A DNA stretch of 53,549 nt, the filler included, from Sphacelaria rigidula (Eukaryota), in NCBI GenBank assembly GCA_964200075.2. It is 4 parts of 4 records of this genome, joined end to end, with 100 filler letters (N's around TTAATTAATTAA, not from the genome) between each part and the next. Parts side by side here need not be neighbours in the genome. Positions count along the whole stretch, not along the records: positions 26,827 to 40,138 come from CAXNAA020002974.1; positions 40,239 to 53,549 come from CAXNAA020002975.1; 2 more parts are not named here. The stretch is one strand, 5' to 3'. A program made the position numbers and the translations under genes. Every line of letters starts with the position of its first letter. Within the stretch, counting starts at the first letter, position 1. Under the pieces are notes generated by a model. The model had not been told where the DNA came from. It saw only the letters and a program-made list of their open reading frames with translations, and did not search any database. Positions 35,621-48,530 of this stretch are shown one piece after another.

Positions 35621-36252
35621 AAATGGCAGGCCCGCATGCGCTCGTAGGGCGACAACCGTGATAGTCGCTCACAAAACACGCGCATTTCGCACAACCACTA
35701 CCCTCGCACAAACCAACCCGGTTACAACAACTATCGAGGTCACCCCCCCTCATACGGCCCCCAGACTCAGGGGTATGGTTACAACCCACACGCTGCTCAA
35801 TTGACCAATCAGGCACATGGTCAAGCGTCGCAGGCTCATACCCAAAACCCCAACGCCAATTAACTAGCACTTCCATCCAGCCAACCTCTGAACAGTCAGA
35901 CGTCGACACAACCTTCGCAAGACGCTAGACGCGCCTCGCCCCCTGACCCTCATGGCCCTCCAGCGCAACCGACTCAGTCAAATAACACAGCGCACCCCGC
36001 CATGCGTACCACCTGACTGGTTCCTCGATACGTCGCGTACCCTTGGACGCTATCGAGTCAACCCCGCAAGGGTACCGCTTGGTGGACGCCACTTTCCATG
36101 ACTGCACCGCGAAATTCGGGATCAGTCCCTGTACTCGATAGTTCGTATAGTGTCCCGAGGCATGAGCCTACACCAAAGACTGGCGAAATCTCCCCCCAGT
36201 CTCCTGTGCTCCAGCATTCCACGCGAATACAACCCCGTCTTACGCGGCTAAT

Positions 36253-36408
36253 GACCGAACACCAAGACGGTGCGATCCCCGTAAATATATCGACCGAACA
36301 CCAAGGCGGTGCGGTCCCCATTAATATATTGACCGAACATCAAGGCGGTGCGGTCCCCGTTCATATATTGACCGAACACCGAGACGGTGCGGTCCCCGTG
36401 AATTTTTC
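36253..36408 (+). repeat. 39-bp tandem repeat x4 encoding TEHQGGAVPVNIL-like 13-mers inside the retroelement
   Basis: Four units beginning gaccgaaca, visible in ORF 36098-36502. Confidence 0.92.
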
Positions 36409-37699
36409 GCGGCCACTGCCCCCACACCCCGAAACTGAGATATCGTCGGCCGGTGCTAGCTCAAGCTTGTGGTGTGGGTACAATGGGTCCGATCAGTCCT
36501 GAGTCACGGGTCCCACTCAGGCAAGATTCCGCAAAACCCCTCGTGGTTATAGCTCACGGGGAAACATTGTGTTGTACGACCACTGGATATGATCACTCTA
36601 GTATACCACTTCATAGCTCACTCCGTGAACAGCTATCTTCCTCCCAGTTAAACCAGAGGGGGGGGGCACGTCCTGCAGGTATCTACGTGCCGAGAGAGAA
36701 GCTGTCTCCCGGTCCTCGTGTTGCTGCCCCTGCCACCATCCATCGTAGGGTACATGCTGGCCCAGACACCCAAGTGGCGTCGGGCCCAATTGTAGTTGAG
36801 CATAGTTATTTTACTGTGGATCATGACCACAGGGAACCCTCGCTTTCCGTTGCTCCACGGGTTGGAGAAGGACCCCCGGCAGTGACCCGGTCGGTAAGCC
36901 AAGAGCTCGCACCGTCACGGAGCACTCCCGCGAACTTCCCAACAGCGACAGGCCACAACGGTACTTCTCAGGCATTGGATGAGCCGCTACCGCCCTCTGT
37001 CCCCCCTTTGCACCCTGACCCAGCACCAACAAAGAGGTCGCGGCGGAACGTGTTGAGCCACAAGTCCATCCTACCTGCTGTCGGTTCGTTGTCGCGTACA
37101 CGTGCGGGTCCGCCACCGGCGACCCCACACCACGATAGTCTCACGCGGGTCACAGATGATTCATCCCCTGTAATGCCAAGTTTAGCCCTCGACAACGTGT
37201 CTCCCGATAAATCCGTGGAGAGCATATCTGTGACCAATGCATGTGCTGATGTATCCGACGGGAGTTCCGCTGATGCAGTCACCGGAACCGCGTCCGACGA
37301 CGATAAGTCGTCGTCCCCTTTGCCCACTACTGTAGATGATTCGGCAGGCACCTCGCAGTGCAGGATTGACATATATGTTGACCCTACACTTGTAACATCC
37401 ACTAAGCCGGTAGTGCATGCCCGCCCTGCCGACATCACAGCCGGCCGCGCCTCCACCACGACGGCCACCCCTAATAGTCGCTCGCCCATAGCGGTTTATG
37501 AGATTAGTAGCCCTGACGCCCCAACGTTGGAGACCAGCCAAGACCAGTGCCCCCATCCCCAGGCCCCACAGGACCACCCCAGAATGTATCTGAATACCAT
37601 AGTCCATAAGGTACGTAGCACACATATCGATCCGTTGCCAGAGTTTGGTCCGGATCTTAAGAGTGGCGTTGTCACCTTGGACGATGCGTCTTTTACTAC

Positions 37700-38050
37700 T
37701 AGAGTTGGACTTCATAGTGGGTCTTGTGCAAGTCGTCGACTCATGGCCCTGGCACTCCCGGACTCGGGCTCCCCACAGACGTTTATCATCGACAGCTGCT
37801 GGCAGGACATGGTTCGTACCGGCGCGGCAGATGATAAATGTCTGTCCGCTTTCCCACCCCGCACTTTCGGCGGCTTCGGGTGCGGTCCTACTTTGAGTGC
37901 CACCCAGGCCGTGCGTTTAAGAGTTAAGTTCTTCGATGATGCGAAGCCCACGGCACAACTTTCTGTTTGGGCCTTGATTGTCCCACAAATTGCCATGGGG
38001 TTTGATGTCCTGCTAGGCAGAGATAGCTGGTTGCGATTTTCGACACAAAT
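37700..38050 (+). pseudogene. Retroviral-type aspartic protease domain
   Basis: ALPDSGSPQTFI (Asp codon at 37761) and DVLLGRDSW within ORF 36453-38546. Confidence 0.85.
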
Positions 38051-38759
38051 ATACACCACCGAACCTCCGTCACCGCATTCACCCACGAAGGGCAAATTGC
38101 AGCTGGGCCATCTTGACGACCAAGCCGGTGCCCAGGCTTTCACGCGCGACTCCTCTGCCTCACAGACCGCTTTCAAGTTGTTTTATGTTGGGGAGGCAGT
38201 AGCGTCACTATCGCATAAACCCCAACCCGTGATGGTGAATGTGGTGCGGTGGAATGGTCTGCCAGCACTCACAGGACAGTACTTGGTAGATTTCCTTCAC
38301 TGCGATGGTTCGACAGGTGGAATGTTTGGACAGGAGGATGGTTTCGTTAAGAACGGACGCCAGCAAATGTTCCTGGCGTTTCCAGAGTGCGTTGATTTAG
38401 TACCCAATCAGTTGTTGGGGTATGCCTCCGCTCCCCTACTACGTGCCCCGATGTCAAATATTTGCCCCCGCAACAGTACCGCTGCCCCGCCTGACTTCGC
38501 GCCAATGCCGACTGTGATTGACCAGGATCAGTTGACCCAATGGTAGTGACCGCGTCTGATGAAGACGCGGAACCGGAAATTCCCCAAAGAGTGTTGGATC
38601 GCTTACAGCCTGAGCAGCGGGCGAGTTACTTACCTTCAATCTGGACGGTGAGGGTTGGACTCCCGCGGTCATCGACAAACTACGCGATGTCCTGATTCGC
38701 TATGCCGCGCGATTCTCCACCTCACCTCTTGATTTGGATCGCTTCACGACGGCTCCGTT

Positions 38760-40043
38760 CAAAACCAATGTGCCGAAAGGAACGCCCCCCATCGCCACAC
38801 GCCCTTATCGCACAAACATGCCGCTCTCTAATTAAGTACAAGTAGTCATAGATAACTACTTAGCGGCGGGGATCATTCGTCATTCGACCTCTCCTTGGGC
38901 CTCCCCCTTGGTTGTTGTTCGAAAGAAAAATGGCAAGATCCGCCTCACTGTCAACTACCAACGCTTGAACGCGGTGACGGCAGTTCCCCGCATCCCGCTT
39001 CCCCGTATAGATGAAATCATTCACTCCCTTGGACGAGGTAAATTGTTTTCTACATTTGATATGCAGCCGGGATACCATCAACTGGTAATGGACCCCGACT
39101 CCATTGAGATGACGGCGCTTTGCACCCCGTCTGGACTTTATGAGTGGCTAGTGACACCACAAGGTGCCTCTGGTGCTCCCGGGGCTTTTCGACGAGTCAT
39201 GTTTCGCGTCACCGATGGGCTTCCCAACTGCAAGATATACCTGGCCGATGCCGTGGTTCAGGATATTAACCCCAAGGGGCATGTAGAGCAATTAGCGGTA
39301 TTGTTTGGCCGATTCGAGCAGCATAATTTGAAACTTTCGCCATCGAAATCTCAGATTGGCGCCACGACTATCACATTTCTGGGGCATTGCATTACCCCAG
39401 AGGGACGCAGTCCCACCCTCGACAAAGGTTCAGCTCTTGCAAAGATGCCAATGCCCGAACATGTCCCTCAATTGCGCTCGCTGCTCGGCGGCCTCAGCTA
39501 TCACCCCCAGTATCTGCCGAATCTCGCGCGCACACTGAAACCCCTCACCACTCTTCTCAAGCGAGGGGTGAAGTTGAGTTCACCGGATCCATGGAAGAGA
39601 CAGTCCGCGATCTCCTTGCCCAATTGTTCAGCCCTCCGGTCCTTGTATATCCCGATTGGGATGCCGCCGAGGCCGGTTCACGGCCTTTCCACCTACACAC
39701 CGACGCTTGCAAACTCGGTTTCGGCTGTACATTTGAAAAGGAGCAATCGGATGAATCCATCCGCCCCATCGTCTATCTGAGCCGCACAACGTTCCCTAAC
39801 GAGCAAAATTGGAGCGTAACGGAGCAACAAGCGGGCGCCGTTGTTTGGGGTGTTCGGCGTCTCCGTCACTATTTGTACGGTATTACTTTCGTCCTTTTGA
39901 CCCACCACAAATCGTTGGAAAACCTCGCAAAAGTGGCGGAGCACAATGCGAGAGTTCAGCGTTGGTTTGTAATCCTCTCGTCTTACGACTTTCAGTTGAA
40001 GTATCGGACCGGTCCGCAGAACGCCAACGCTGACTTCCTCTAG
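38760..40043 (+). pseudogene. Gypsy reverse transcriptase and RNase H, inactivated
   Basis: SPWASPLVVVRKKNGKIRLTVNYQRLN, LPRIDE and FSTFDMQPGYHQ. The catalytic YxDD reads YLAD (39238-39249). RNase H motifs LHTDACKLGFG and NANADFL. Stop at 38833, frameshift near 39575, stop at 40041. Confidence 0.95.
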
Positions 40044-40072
40044 CGATTGCTGACACCTGCCACACCGATTGA

Positions 40073-40138
40073 GCCTGGTCCGGCGAGAACCCGGCGTGCT
40101 CCGTCCCGGCTTTGTAGGGGCGGACCCCCGATGGGGTT
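40073..40138 (+). repeat. GCCTGGTCCGG repeat end interrupting Gypsy pol at the contig end
   Basis: 40073-40125 is the exact reverse complement of 1-53. Confidence 0.9.
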
Positions 40139-40238
40139 NNNNNNNNNNNNNNNNNNNNNNNNNNNNNNNNNNNNNNNNNNNNTTAATTAATTAANNNNNN
40201 NNNNNNNNNNNNNNNNNNNNNNNNNNNNNNNNNNNNNN
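40139..40238. other. Artificial contig linker
   Basis: 100 bp: N44-TTAATTAATTAA-N44. Confidence 0.98.
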
Positions 40239-43200
40239 TGCATCCTGCTAAGATTGTTCGGCCCGAAGCCTACTGATTATCTTGCATTTGGATGACAGCC
40301 TACAAGAAGTTGCTTTATTATCTGGTATTGCCACTTCCAGAGACAACCACGGCTTACATACCACCTCGTGGATGTCTCACCATGCGAACACTACGTAATA
40401 CGGTCATCCCCATTGTGCGGAGTTGAGGTTCTCCCACGCCGCACAACGTGATCTAGCTCGACGACCAGCACGGTTACCGCAAAAAAAGGCAAGCGCGCAA
40501 AAAACAAACGGTAACCTGGTTGCCGAGCCTACGCAGTGAGTGGCGTGTGTTATAGCGTCATCGCCAACCGACGCCAACCCCAACGGGGGTCCACCCGACG
40601 CGGAGGGGCGTACTCAGTTTTTGCTCGCTTTACTCGTCCGGGAGGGGCGGGTAATTTTTTATATGATGTACCTTCCACGGTTGTGGTAATTTGGCGCCGA
40701 ATTGCAACGGCACCAGAATGACGTACAGCCGACAACAAGTCGGCACACTGAAGCCCCATCGATGCATACCCGAAAATGATCCGCATCGTCCATGTCTAAG
40801 AGTCGCCCACCGGGCACACGGCATCGGGTTGTCGCCAGTCGACGAGTGGAGAACTGCGAAGGCGAGACGGACGCTCGCCAACCATTGGAACTCCGTCATT
40901 CTAGAGGTCACAGAAGCTGAGATAAGAAAACATCTGAACACGCGCCAGGACCCCTCGCACGTCGGCGGAGTAACCGCCGGGTGAAGAGACCGTGACCCTG
41001 CGTGCGTGCCGCAGCGAAGCACGGTACGGGAGCACTCGGATGCAAAAAGTGCACAAACGAAGGTCGGACCGTGGAATGATTGCTACTGAAATATTCGCAC
41101 AGGTCCTCCAAGGATCAAGCAGAGACAAAGGCAAAAACGTCCTTGTTAAACAAAAGGTCTCTGCGCCATCGCTTCGACGCGGATCATCGTGCACCGAAAC
41201 CCAAGCCCCATGACAGAAAATAAAACAAAACAAAAGACCGAAAACCCAAAAGACCATAGGCGACGCATATGTGTAGACCTCACCACCACAGGTATGAGGC
41301 ACACACCCCAGCCTCTAAGAGACCGAGATATCATCTTTACAATCACAGACACGGACAACAAGATACAAACACGGAGGAAGGCTACAGAATACGATGAAAT
41401 CCGAGAAGGTGGACAAAGAAAATATCAACCCGCCGAACACCGCGCCACACAGGACAATTGAACCACGCAATACGAGGCTCCTCGTACCCAGAAGTCACGG
41501 CCAAAGTCCGCGACTCAGTGGGCCAAACAGGGAGAACGTTTGTGCGATGTGCGCCGAATATATCACACGAATTCATACTCCGGCATGGAGCGCAAAAGAT
41601 CCGCACACCCCGGCAGCAGCCGTCCTAATGGTTCGCCGCCGCCCCCGACACCACAACGCGTCGGCGCCGACATGTGGAGACGGCGAATTCACCACGACCA
41701 CAGAAGGATGTATGATTCGTCATGACAGGCGGATAGGAACCGTCACCCCAACTTCCGGCGGGGCAGACTATCGTGGATCCAAAGTGAGATTTAACTTCCT
41801 TTCCCCCCTCCGTCCATTCATCACGGAGTTGTTACAACCTTCACACCAACAGCGTAAAGGCTTTCCGTAGACGCCTGGCAAATCCACACGACCCCTATCC
41901 CACAGAAAGGCGAAAGCCTCGCGTACCGCCGACGGAATTTCCCCGTCCCTGACCCACAGGACGGGGCATGTCTCGGTGAAACAGTCCCGCCGAGGTATCT
42001 ACACCCTTCGCCCGTGTGCTCCGGGCGATTTCGTTATCCTGAAGGCCACCTGCACCGGGAGCCGAGGGGTGGAGGTGACGGCCGCGGCACGGACACGGTA
42101 GGCGCATGTATTGAAGACAGACAGAAAGAAAGCAGCGCGACTATCGTGTACATCGCCGAAGGGGTAGCGCGGATGCGGTGCGCATGACAGCGGCACATGC
42201 ACACGTGCGCCGGCCACGGCATTCTGTAGCCGGAATTGCAGGCATTAAGAGTGTTTGGTGTGGGAGATGGGCGTTGAAGTACGGAGGTAAGAGGTAGGGT
42301 TCATGACATACCACAGAAACGGCCAAGGCGAGATAATGTGTGAATCCGAACCCGCGGTTCGACAGAAAACTACTCGCGTCGCGGGTCCAATACTACTGCC
42401 GCGCCCTGCTGGTGCCCTGGGGCTGTTGTCACCCGTGGGGTGGACTAAATGTGGATTCCATCCCCAAGGTTTGTCTTCTTTTGTGCATTTAAGCTCCCAA
42501 CTCCATTGCGATATCCATTGTTTCGACAAATACACGGCCCGATCGCGCAGCTCTACAGAAATATACAAGTACTTTCGCATGCGATGGCGGCACTGCACAC
42601 GGATAATAGGCGCCTTCACTAGGGCTTTCGGAAGAAAATACCTGTGGAAAACGCCGCAATCACCAAACTGTTGAAATGTTTTTATTTCGTAATTTCCGCA
42701 CCGTGTTCGAGCACAGGGTCGACGTACTTGGTGGCCGTCTCGACATCGATACCACGCTTTGACGGAGGCGTCTATGGCAGTTAGCGCGCCGACGGCATAA
42801 CGTGCTGAGTGAGTGTCTTGCAACACTCTTCCATCGAAAAAAGGAGCGATGGCAATCACGTTTAGCGACATTCGCTCATTTTGTCTCGAGTTGGGTCGGA
42901 GCGAATTTTCAAGCTTTCTATCGAAACAAAACGGTGAAATTCGTGAAGCGGTACATGGTCGTTTGAGAACAATACAGACAGTCCGTACTGCCTGCACTTT
43001 TTGAATGCAGTGTATGTTGAGTTCGTCTCTGCGTGTTCCGCGCAGCAGGATGTGAAAGAGGAGCGGGCAACATGCAAAACTTCCACGGCAGCACCATATG
43101 TTTTCTCTGCCCAGACTACAACGTGAAAAGAACTCGGACAACGCGCAGCTTTGTACATGCACTGTGCCCATGGCCGCGTCCGCGAGGGGGTTAGTCACCT

Positions 43201-43329
43201 TGCCACGCCGTTCTAACCCTCGTCTCTACGATGAAATAAGATGGTCAAGTTTTCACACGTCGGACGAGCACGAGTATGAATCGTGGCTCGCCCTAGTTGG
43301 GCTGCTCGTGGTGATAAAAAGGAACAAGG

Positions 43330-44480
43330 TGAGTACTCGAATCATTGCTCATGGTGAAAACAAATAACAGGGCGAGTACTCAAGTCATTGCTCGCAGTGG
43401 GAAAAAATAGTAGGGCAAGTATTCGAGTCATTGCTCGTGGTGAAAACAAAATCACACATCGGACTAGTCATTACTCGGCGAAACGAGTGCATTTGTGGGT
43501 GTTGTTTTAAACACAACGAGCATGACTCGTGTGCTCGAGTCATGAATGTTTTTCACAACGAGCGATGACTCGTGTGCTCGAGTCATGAGTGTTTGTCACA
43601 ACGAGTTATGACTCGTGTGCTCGAGTCATGAGTATTTTTCACCACCAGCAATGACTCGTGTGCTCGATTCATGAACCTCGATACAACGAGCAACGAGTCG
43701 TGTGCCCGAGTCATTACTTGCTTCGAGCGAGCAATGGCTCGTGTACTCGAGCCAATGTTTTTTTACAGCGAGCAGTGACTCGTGTGCTCGAGTCTTTCAT
43801 TTTTCCACAGCGAGCAATGACTCGGGTGCTTCCTGAAACAAAATGTAGATGTAATACTCGAGAGATACTTTCTGCTGTGTTAGTAGGGCTCTGATCTGTA
43901 TGTGTGGGAGGGGTGCTTGGATAAAATGAAAACGAACTTTGGAGCTGGACGCTTGTACTGGTGCAGACATGCATATGAACTTGAAGATTCTAGGTGCAAG
44001 ATCGTCGAAGAGCTCGTGACAATTATTTGCTCGTCGGATTGCTAACTACTCCACTCAAGTCGTTCATCATGAGCAATGACTCGAGTGTTCTCTCCCTTCT
44101 TTTTTTCACAACGAGCAATGTCTCGAGTACTCACCTTTATCATTTTTACAGCCAACGAGCAGCCCGGCGTGTGCGATACTCGTGCTCGGCCGGCGTCTGA
44201 AAAAACTACAGGACGAGTACTCGATTCATTGCTCGTGGTGGAAAAATTTAGTGCTTGTAGTGGCAAAAAATAATAGGGCGAGTACTCGAGTCATTGCCTG
44301 TGGTGGGAAAAAATCATAGCGCGAGCGCTTGAATCATCGCTTGTGGCAGAGAAAATTCATAGATCTAGCACTCGAGTCATTGTTCGTGGTGGAAAAAAAT
44401 CATGACTCCAGCACACGAGTCATCAGTCTTGGTGAAGACAAGAAAATGTCTCGAGCACACGAGTCGTGCTCGTGGTGTTT
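43330..44480. repeat. Arrays of a ~43-bp palindromic unit (atgactcg..cgagtcat / ttgctcgtggtgaaaa) in alternating orientations
   Basis: Forward block at about 43330-43450, reverse blocks at about 43510-43830 and 44070-44130, forward block at about 44215-44480. Confidence 0.85.
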
Positions 44481-45126
44481 TCAAGAAACATTGACAAGTG
44501 CACTCGTTGTGAGGAGTAATGACACGTCCGACTTGTGCAAGTTTTCGCCAACAAAATGTATACACAGCATACGTAATTACTGCAGTGCATTCATCCTTGT
44601 GCTCAACTCCTGCTCGATGCTGCAGGGTTGCGACCGTAGCTAACGATGAGTGGTGCGTACCAGTTTGCATGATCATGTGAACGGATGGTATGTGGCGGGG
44701 TGGTCTGTAGTTGAAGAGTGAAGCGCCTCTTCGTGCCTTTCGCCCGCATGTTTGTTAGAAAAAGGTTGGCTTTATTATTTTTTACTCTTTCCTCGCTCGC
44801 CACTAAGGCCGTGTCTTGGCACATCATTTGTCAATCGAAAACGTGCGGTGGAAAACAGAAACTCCGATGGAATAGGTCGTAATATGAACCAGCTTCTAAA
44901 TCAACTACGATAGCTGAATAGCAGGGACGGTAATGGAAGGACGAGCCCACGTCTGTGACCACGGGCTCGAGAGATCGGACTAATGTGCGGAAACAATAAT
45001 TGAATACTCCCCCTGTCCGGAAATGTAAGATCGATATGGATATCCGGAATATGATATCGCTTTTTACTATATGCCCTAAAGTAGGTGATCTAGCCATTGT
45101 AGCAGGTCCTGCAGGTTGTATGAATG

Positions 45127-45550
45127 ATCGGATATGAAACTGAATGAAAAACAAATCCGCTCAAAACGGGGGGAAAGGTTTGTCATTATCCCCGGGTAGG
45201 TAAAATCGTGAAAAATTTAGCGTGTAGCCGCGGAGGAATTCCGCTGCGAATGGCAGTCGACTAAGAGACTGTGGCGCAAGTACGACGCGCGGGTTGAAGC
45301 AGGGGTCCGCCATCCGCAGTTGGAAAACGGTCGGAAGGGGAAAAGAGGCAAGAATGGCATAATTATCGAAGAATCACGTAAGCGCCTCCATGGAATCCCG
45401 CTGAACGAGCGCACCACACAGTTTGTTTTCTCCGTGGCCGGGTACAACTTAGCTGAATTTTCCACGATTTTACCTACCCGGGGAAAATGACAAATCATCT
45501 CCCCCCCCTTTTGAGCGGATTATGTTTTTTTATCCCGTTTCATATCCAAT
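45127..45550. mobile_element. MITE/foldback with about 95-bp inverted arms
   Basis: ggatatgaaac...aatccgctcaaaa...tttgtcatt.tccccgggtaggtaaaatcgtg pairs with cacgattttacctacccgggga.aatgacaaa...ttttgagcggatt...gtttcatatcc. Confidence 0.85.
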
Positions 45551-46364
45551 GTACGTACCGTTCTTCAGAACCCCGCTGTTGCTACCAGCGAGGAGGTGCC
45601 GAATCACCGCAGCTCTTTCCAAACTGTTGAGGTTCTTGCGTTTTGACACCCGGGAGACACTCCCAGTGGAGGACATGCCTCACCAGAAGATGGGAAGGCT
45701 TTTGACCGGGTCTTCAAAGTTGGGGTGGTGATTTCGAGCGACTTGTACTGGGGTGGGCCACACTTTTTTGGTTTGTGCTGAAACAAAAACCGGTTTTACG
45801 GGCTCAGCATGGGTGCGGCGAAACCGGGGGTAAAAACCTTTTGGAAAAAACGTTCCTTGGTTCCCAGACATCCTACTTTTTGTCCATACCGATCTTATAT
45901 TTTCGGACAGAGGGAGTACAAAAGAGCTGAAATTACGGCCTATCAAATCGAAGTCGTCTTTTTTTACCATACATTGTCCATTAAAAAATTATATGCGAAG
46001 GCACGCCGTAATGATGAAACAACCGTTGATGCCAACTAGGAGCAGAATGCAGTGGACATATGCCATGACAATTTGTTTTTCCACCGCAATTTTTCGAGCG
46101 ACAACAACATGAACGAAGATATATCATGAATGGGAGGGTGTTGACGTCGAAAATATGATGTTTTTTACTGCTGGTGCACACCATCCGCCTTTGCTTGCTT
46201 TGGCGCCAGCCCTCGACGGGCAGGAATCGCGAAACCAAATCCGATCGGCCCCTATGTACCTTTCCATACATGGCGCTCGTTCCCCAGTTGACAGGAACGC
46301 CTATTCCGTGGCAACAGAAAAGGTGAACACCATTCGCTTAGCGGTGTTCACTGATCGCGAGAGC

Positions 46365-46520
46365 AACAGGTACGATAGGTACTGATATCTTGAAATACCG
46401 TGGTATCGTGGGTATCGCAGGTGTGACACTTGAAAATACCCGATTGGGTCGGTATCGGCAGGGCGTGACATGTCCGAAATACCAGGATGGGGCACCTGCC
46501 TTACCCTCTATACCGATTTC
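46365..46520 (+). repeat. GGTATC-rich repeat family, copy A
   Basis: gaaataccgtggtatcg and gaaaatacccgattg motifs shared with 48531-48980. Confidence 0.75.
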
Positions 46521-47444
46521 AAAACTGCCATGCGGCAGTGAGAAGCGTTTGAGATTCCTGTGCAAGTTCGGCAGTCAAATTATTGATGTGGCAGCCCCAC
46601 CCCCACACGCACACAACGCACAACCATAACCTGCAGACCTCAAAGCACAAAGAATCCCATCATGACCACCAGCTGGATTATTGCAATCAGCTGACAGGGT
46701 GAGACACCCAATCCATGAATCGATCACGAGAGCCGCGTGGTGAATTTCGTGGTTGTTGACGTGGGAGCAGTAGTAAGTGCTTGAAACTCAATTGTCAGAT
46801 TTTCATTTCGAGGGGGTAGCACTGTAATTTGTGGCACTAAGATACTGTAGTAGTACGTAAGAGGAGGTGCAGTAGTACGCAAGAGCAGGGTTAGCCTCTC
46901 CATGTGGTTGTATTTTTTCATGTAGAACACTCGGCAATGGCACAGTACTAACGGTATATATATATATGTATATATGTAAGGTTCTTTGTTTGGTATTTCG
47001 GCACTTTGTCGTCTATTTTGTGTGCCCCTTGCGACCCCTCACGTTTGTGTTGCTTTTCCTCCTCGTCGTTTTTTTCTGTCTGCTTGTTTGCACGTGAAAT
47101 TTTATCGCGTATGATGCTCATCTTCGACATGAATGATGGAACAATATGCAGCATCGTCACGATGATGAAATATTTATATCTATTTACCCAGAAGATCAGA
47201 CTACATAATATAAGTTCATTCGAATTGATCCAAACACGAAATCAGGGGGGATCTGGGTATGTATTACTTGTGATTACAAGCCGTACCTGCTGTGTCAAAT
47301 TCTGGCCTTTGCGTAAGTTGAGACCAGCTGCTGCACCGTGGGGATCGCATCACGTCCGGTATTTACCAGGTATATCCGCGGTATTCCCCTAGGCATCCCA
47401 TACCGTGGTTTGCGTAGGTATCGTAGGTATGAGTTTTGAAAATA

Positions 47445-48530
47445 TTCACACCCTGTACAACTATAACTAACAATTAAGTTACTTGTTTGTCGACCAACTA
47501 CCGGCTAGGTGTTTCCAAAGAACTAGTTGCACACGATTCTGAGAGGTGGGTTGTTTGGAAACAACTAGTTGCACGCGATTCTGAGAGATGACTTGTTTGG
47601 AAACAATAAATTGCGCACGATTTTGAGAGGTGAGTTGTTTGAAAACAACTAGTTGCACACGATTCTGAACATGGAGTTGTTTGAAAACAACTAATTGCAC
47701 ACGATTATGAGAGATGAGTTGTTTGGAAACAACGAGTTGCGCACGGTTCTGGGAGATGAGTTGTTGGGAAACAACGAGTTGCCCACGGTTCTGGGAGATG
47801 AGTTGTTTGGAAACGACTAGTTGCACACGTGAAACATATACACATGAGAGTACCTGTGCAAAGAATAACGCACACCCACTGATGTGATGTACTTCTTTTG
47901 TCGCAGGGTAGCGGCAGATCGCGGATGAACTTCGAGCTTTCGATTAACACCTGTCGTCGTACGTAGCCTGTTCGGACATGTGACATGATATATTGTTTCA
48001 AGTATAAATATCAGCCTTTTGTGTCCAGACGCGAGGTGAAGATGAGGTCCAAACGCAGAACGCGAGAGTCCATGCCTTTACTGCTTCTGCTGTGGTACCG
48101 CTCTACTGTGGTGCCGTGTGAATTCTTCACACCCTCTACACCTATAACTAACAACTTACTAAGTTGTTTGTCGACCAACTACCGGCTAGTTGTTCCCAAA
48201 CAACTCCTTGCACACGATCCTGAGAGTGGACTTGTTTGGAAACAACTAGTTGCACACGATTTCAAGAGGTGAGTTGTTTGAACACTACTAATTGCACGCG
48301 TTTCTGGGAGACGCCTTGTTTGGAAACAACTAGTTGCACACGATTCTGAACATAAAGTTGTTTGGAAACAACTATTTGCACACGATTCTGAACATAAAGT
48401 TGTTTGGAAACAACTAGTTGCACGCGATTCTGGGAGTTGGGTTGTTCGGAGAAGGCTAGTTGCACACGATTCTGAACACTTAGTTGTTTGAGAAACAAAC
48501 ACCAACTATTGCAGTTGTACAGAGTGTGAA
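47445..48530. mobile_element. 1086-bp non-autonomous TIR element carrying two 42-bp minisatellite arrays
   Basis: TIR TTCACACyCTGTACAACT (17/18) and AATA duplicated at 47441-47444 and 48531-48534. Arrays at about 47505-47830 and 48185-48500. Confidence 0.8.

Larger units (their letters stand above)
31459..40060 (+). mobile_element. Decayed Ty3/Gypsy LTR retrotransposon (gag-protease-RT-RNase H; integrase not in the contig)
   Basis: Intronless chain of long broken ORFs with domain order protease, RT, RNase H and several stops and frameshifts. The 5' boundary is approximate and no LTR could be delimited. Confidence 0.9.

Noticed and set aside
32090..40065. Numerous minus-strand ORFs over the retroelement
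   Set aside because: They are antisense shadows of GC-rich gag-pol coding sequence with no independent motifs.
13314..40238. TTAATTAATTAA motif recurring every ~13.4 kb as a biological periodic signal or piggyBac target
   Set aside because: It is embedded in N runs of fixed length and is an assembly linker.
42620..42810. Tyrosine recombinase (DIRS-like) N-terminus
   Set aside because: The resemblance is only vague, and no R-H-R-Y catalytic motifs or associated RT were found.
47479..48505. CRISPR-like array, or a 14-aa repeat protein (QLVVSKQLISQNRV)
   Set aside because: The units are contiguous 42-bp repeats without unique spacers, no cas genes are present and the context is eukaryotic. 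The ORFs arise because the unit is a stop-free multiple of three inside a TIR element.
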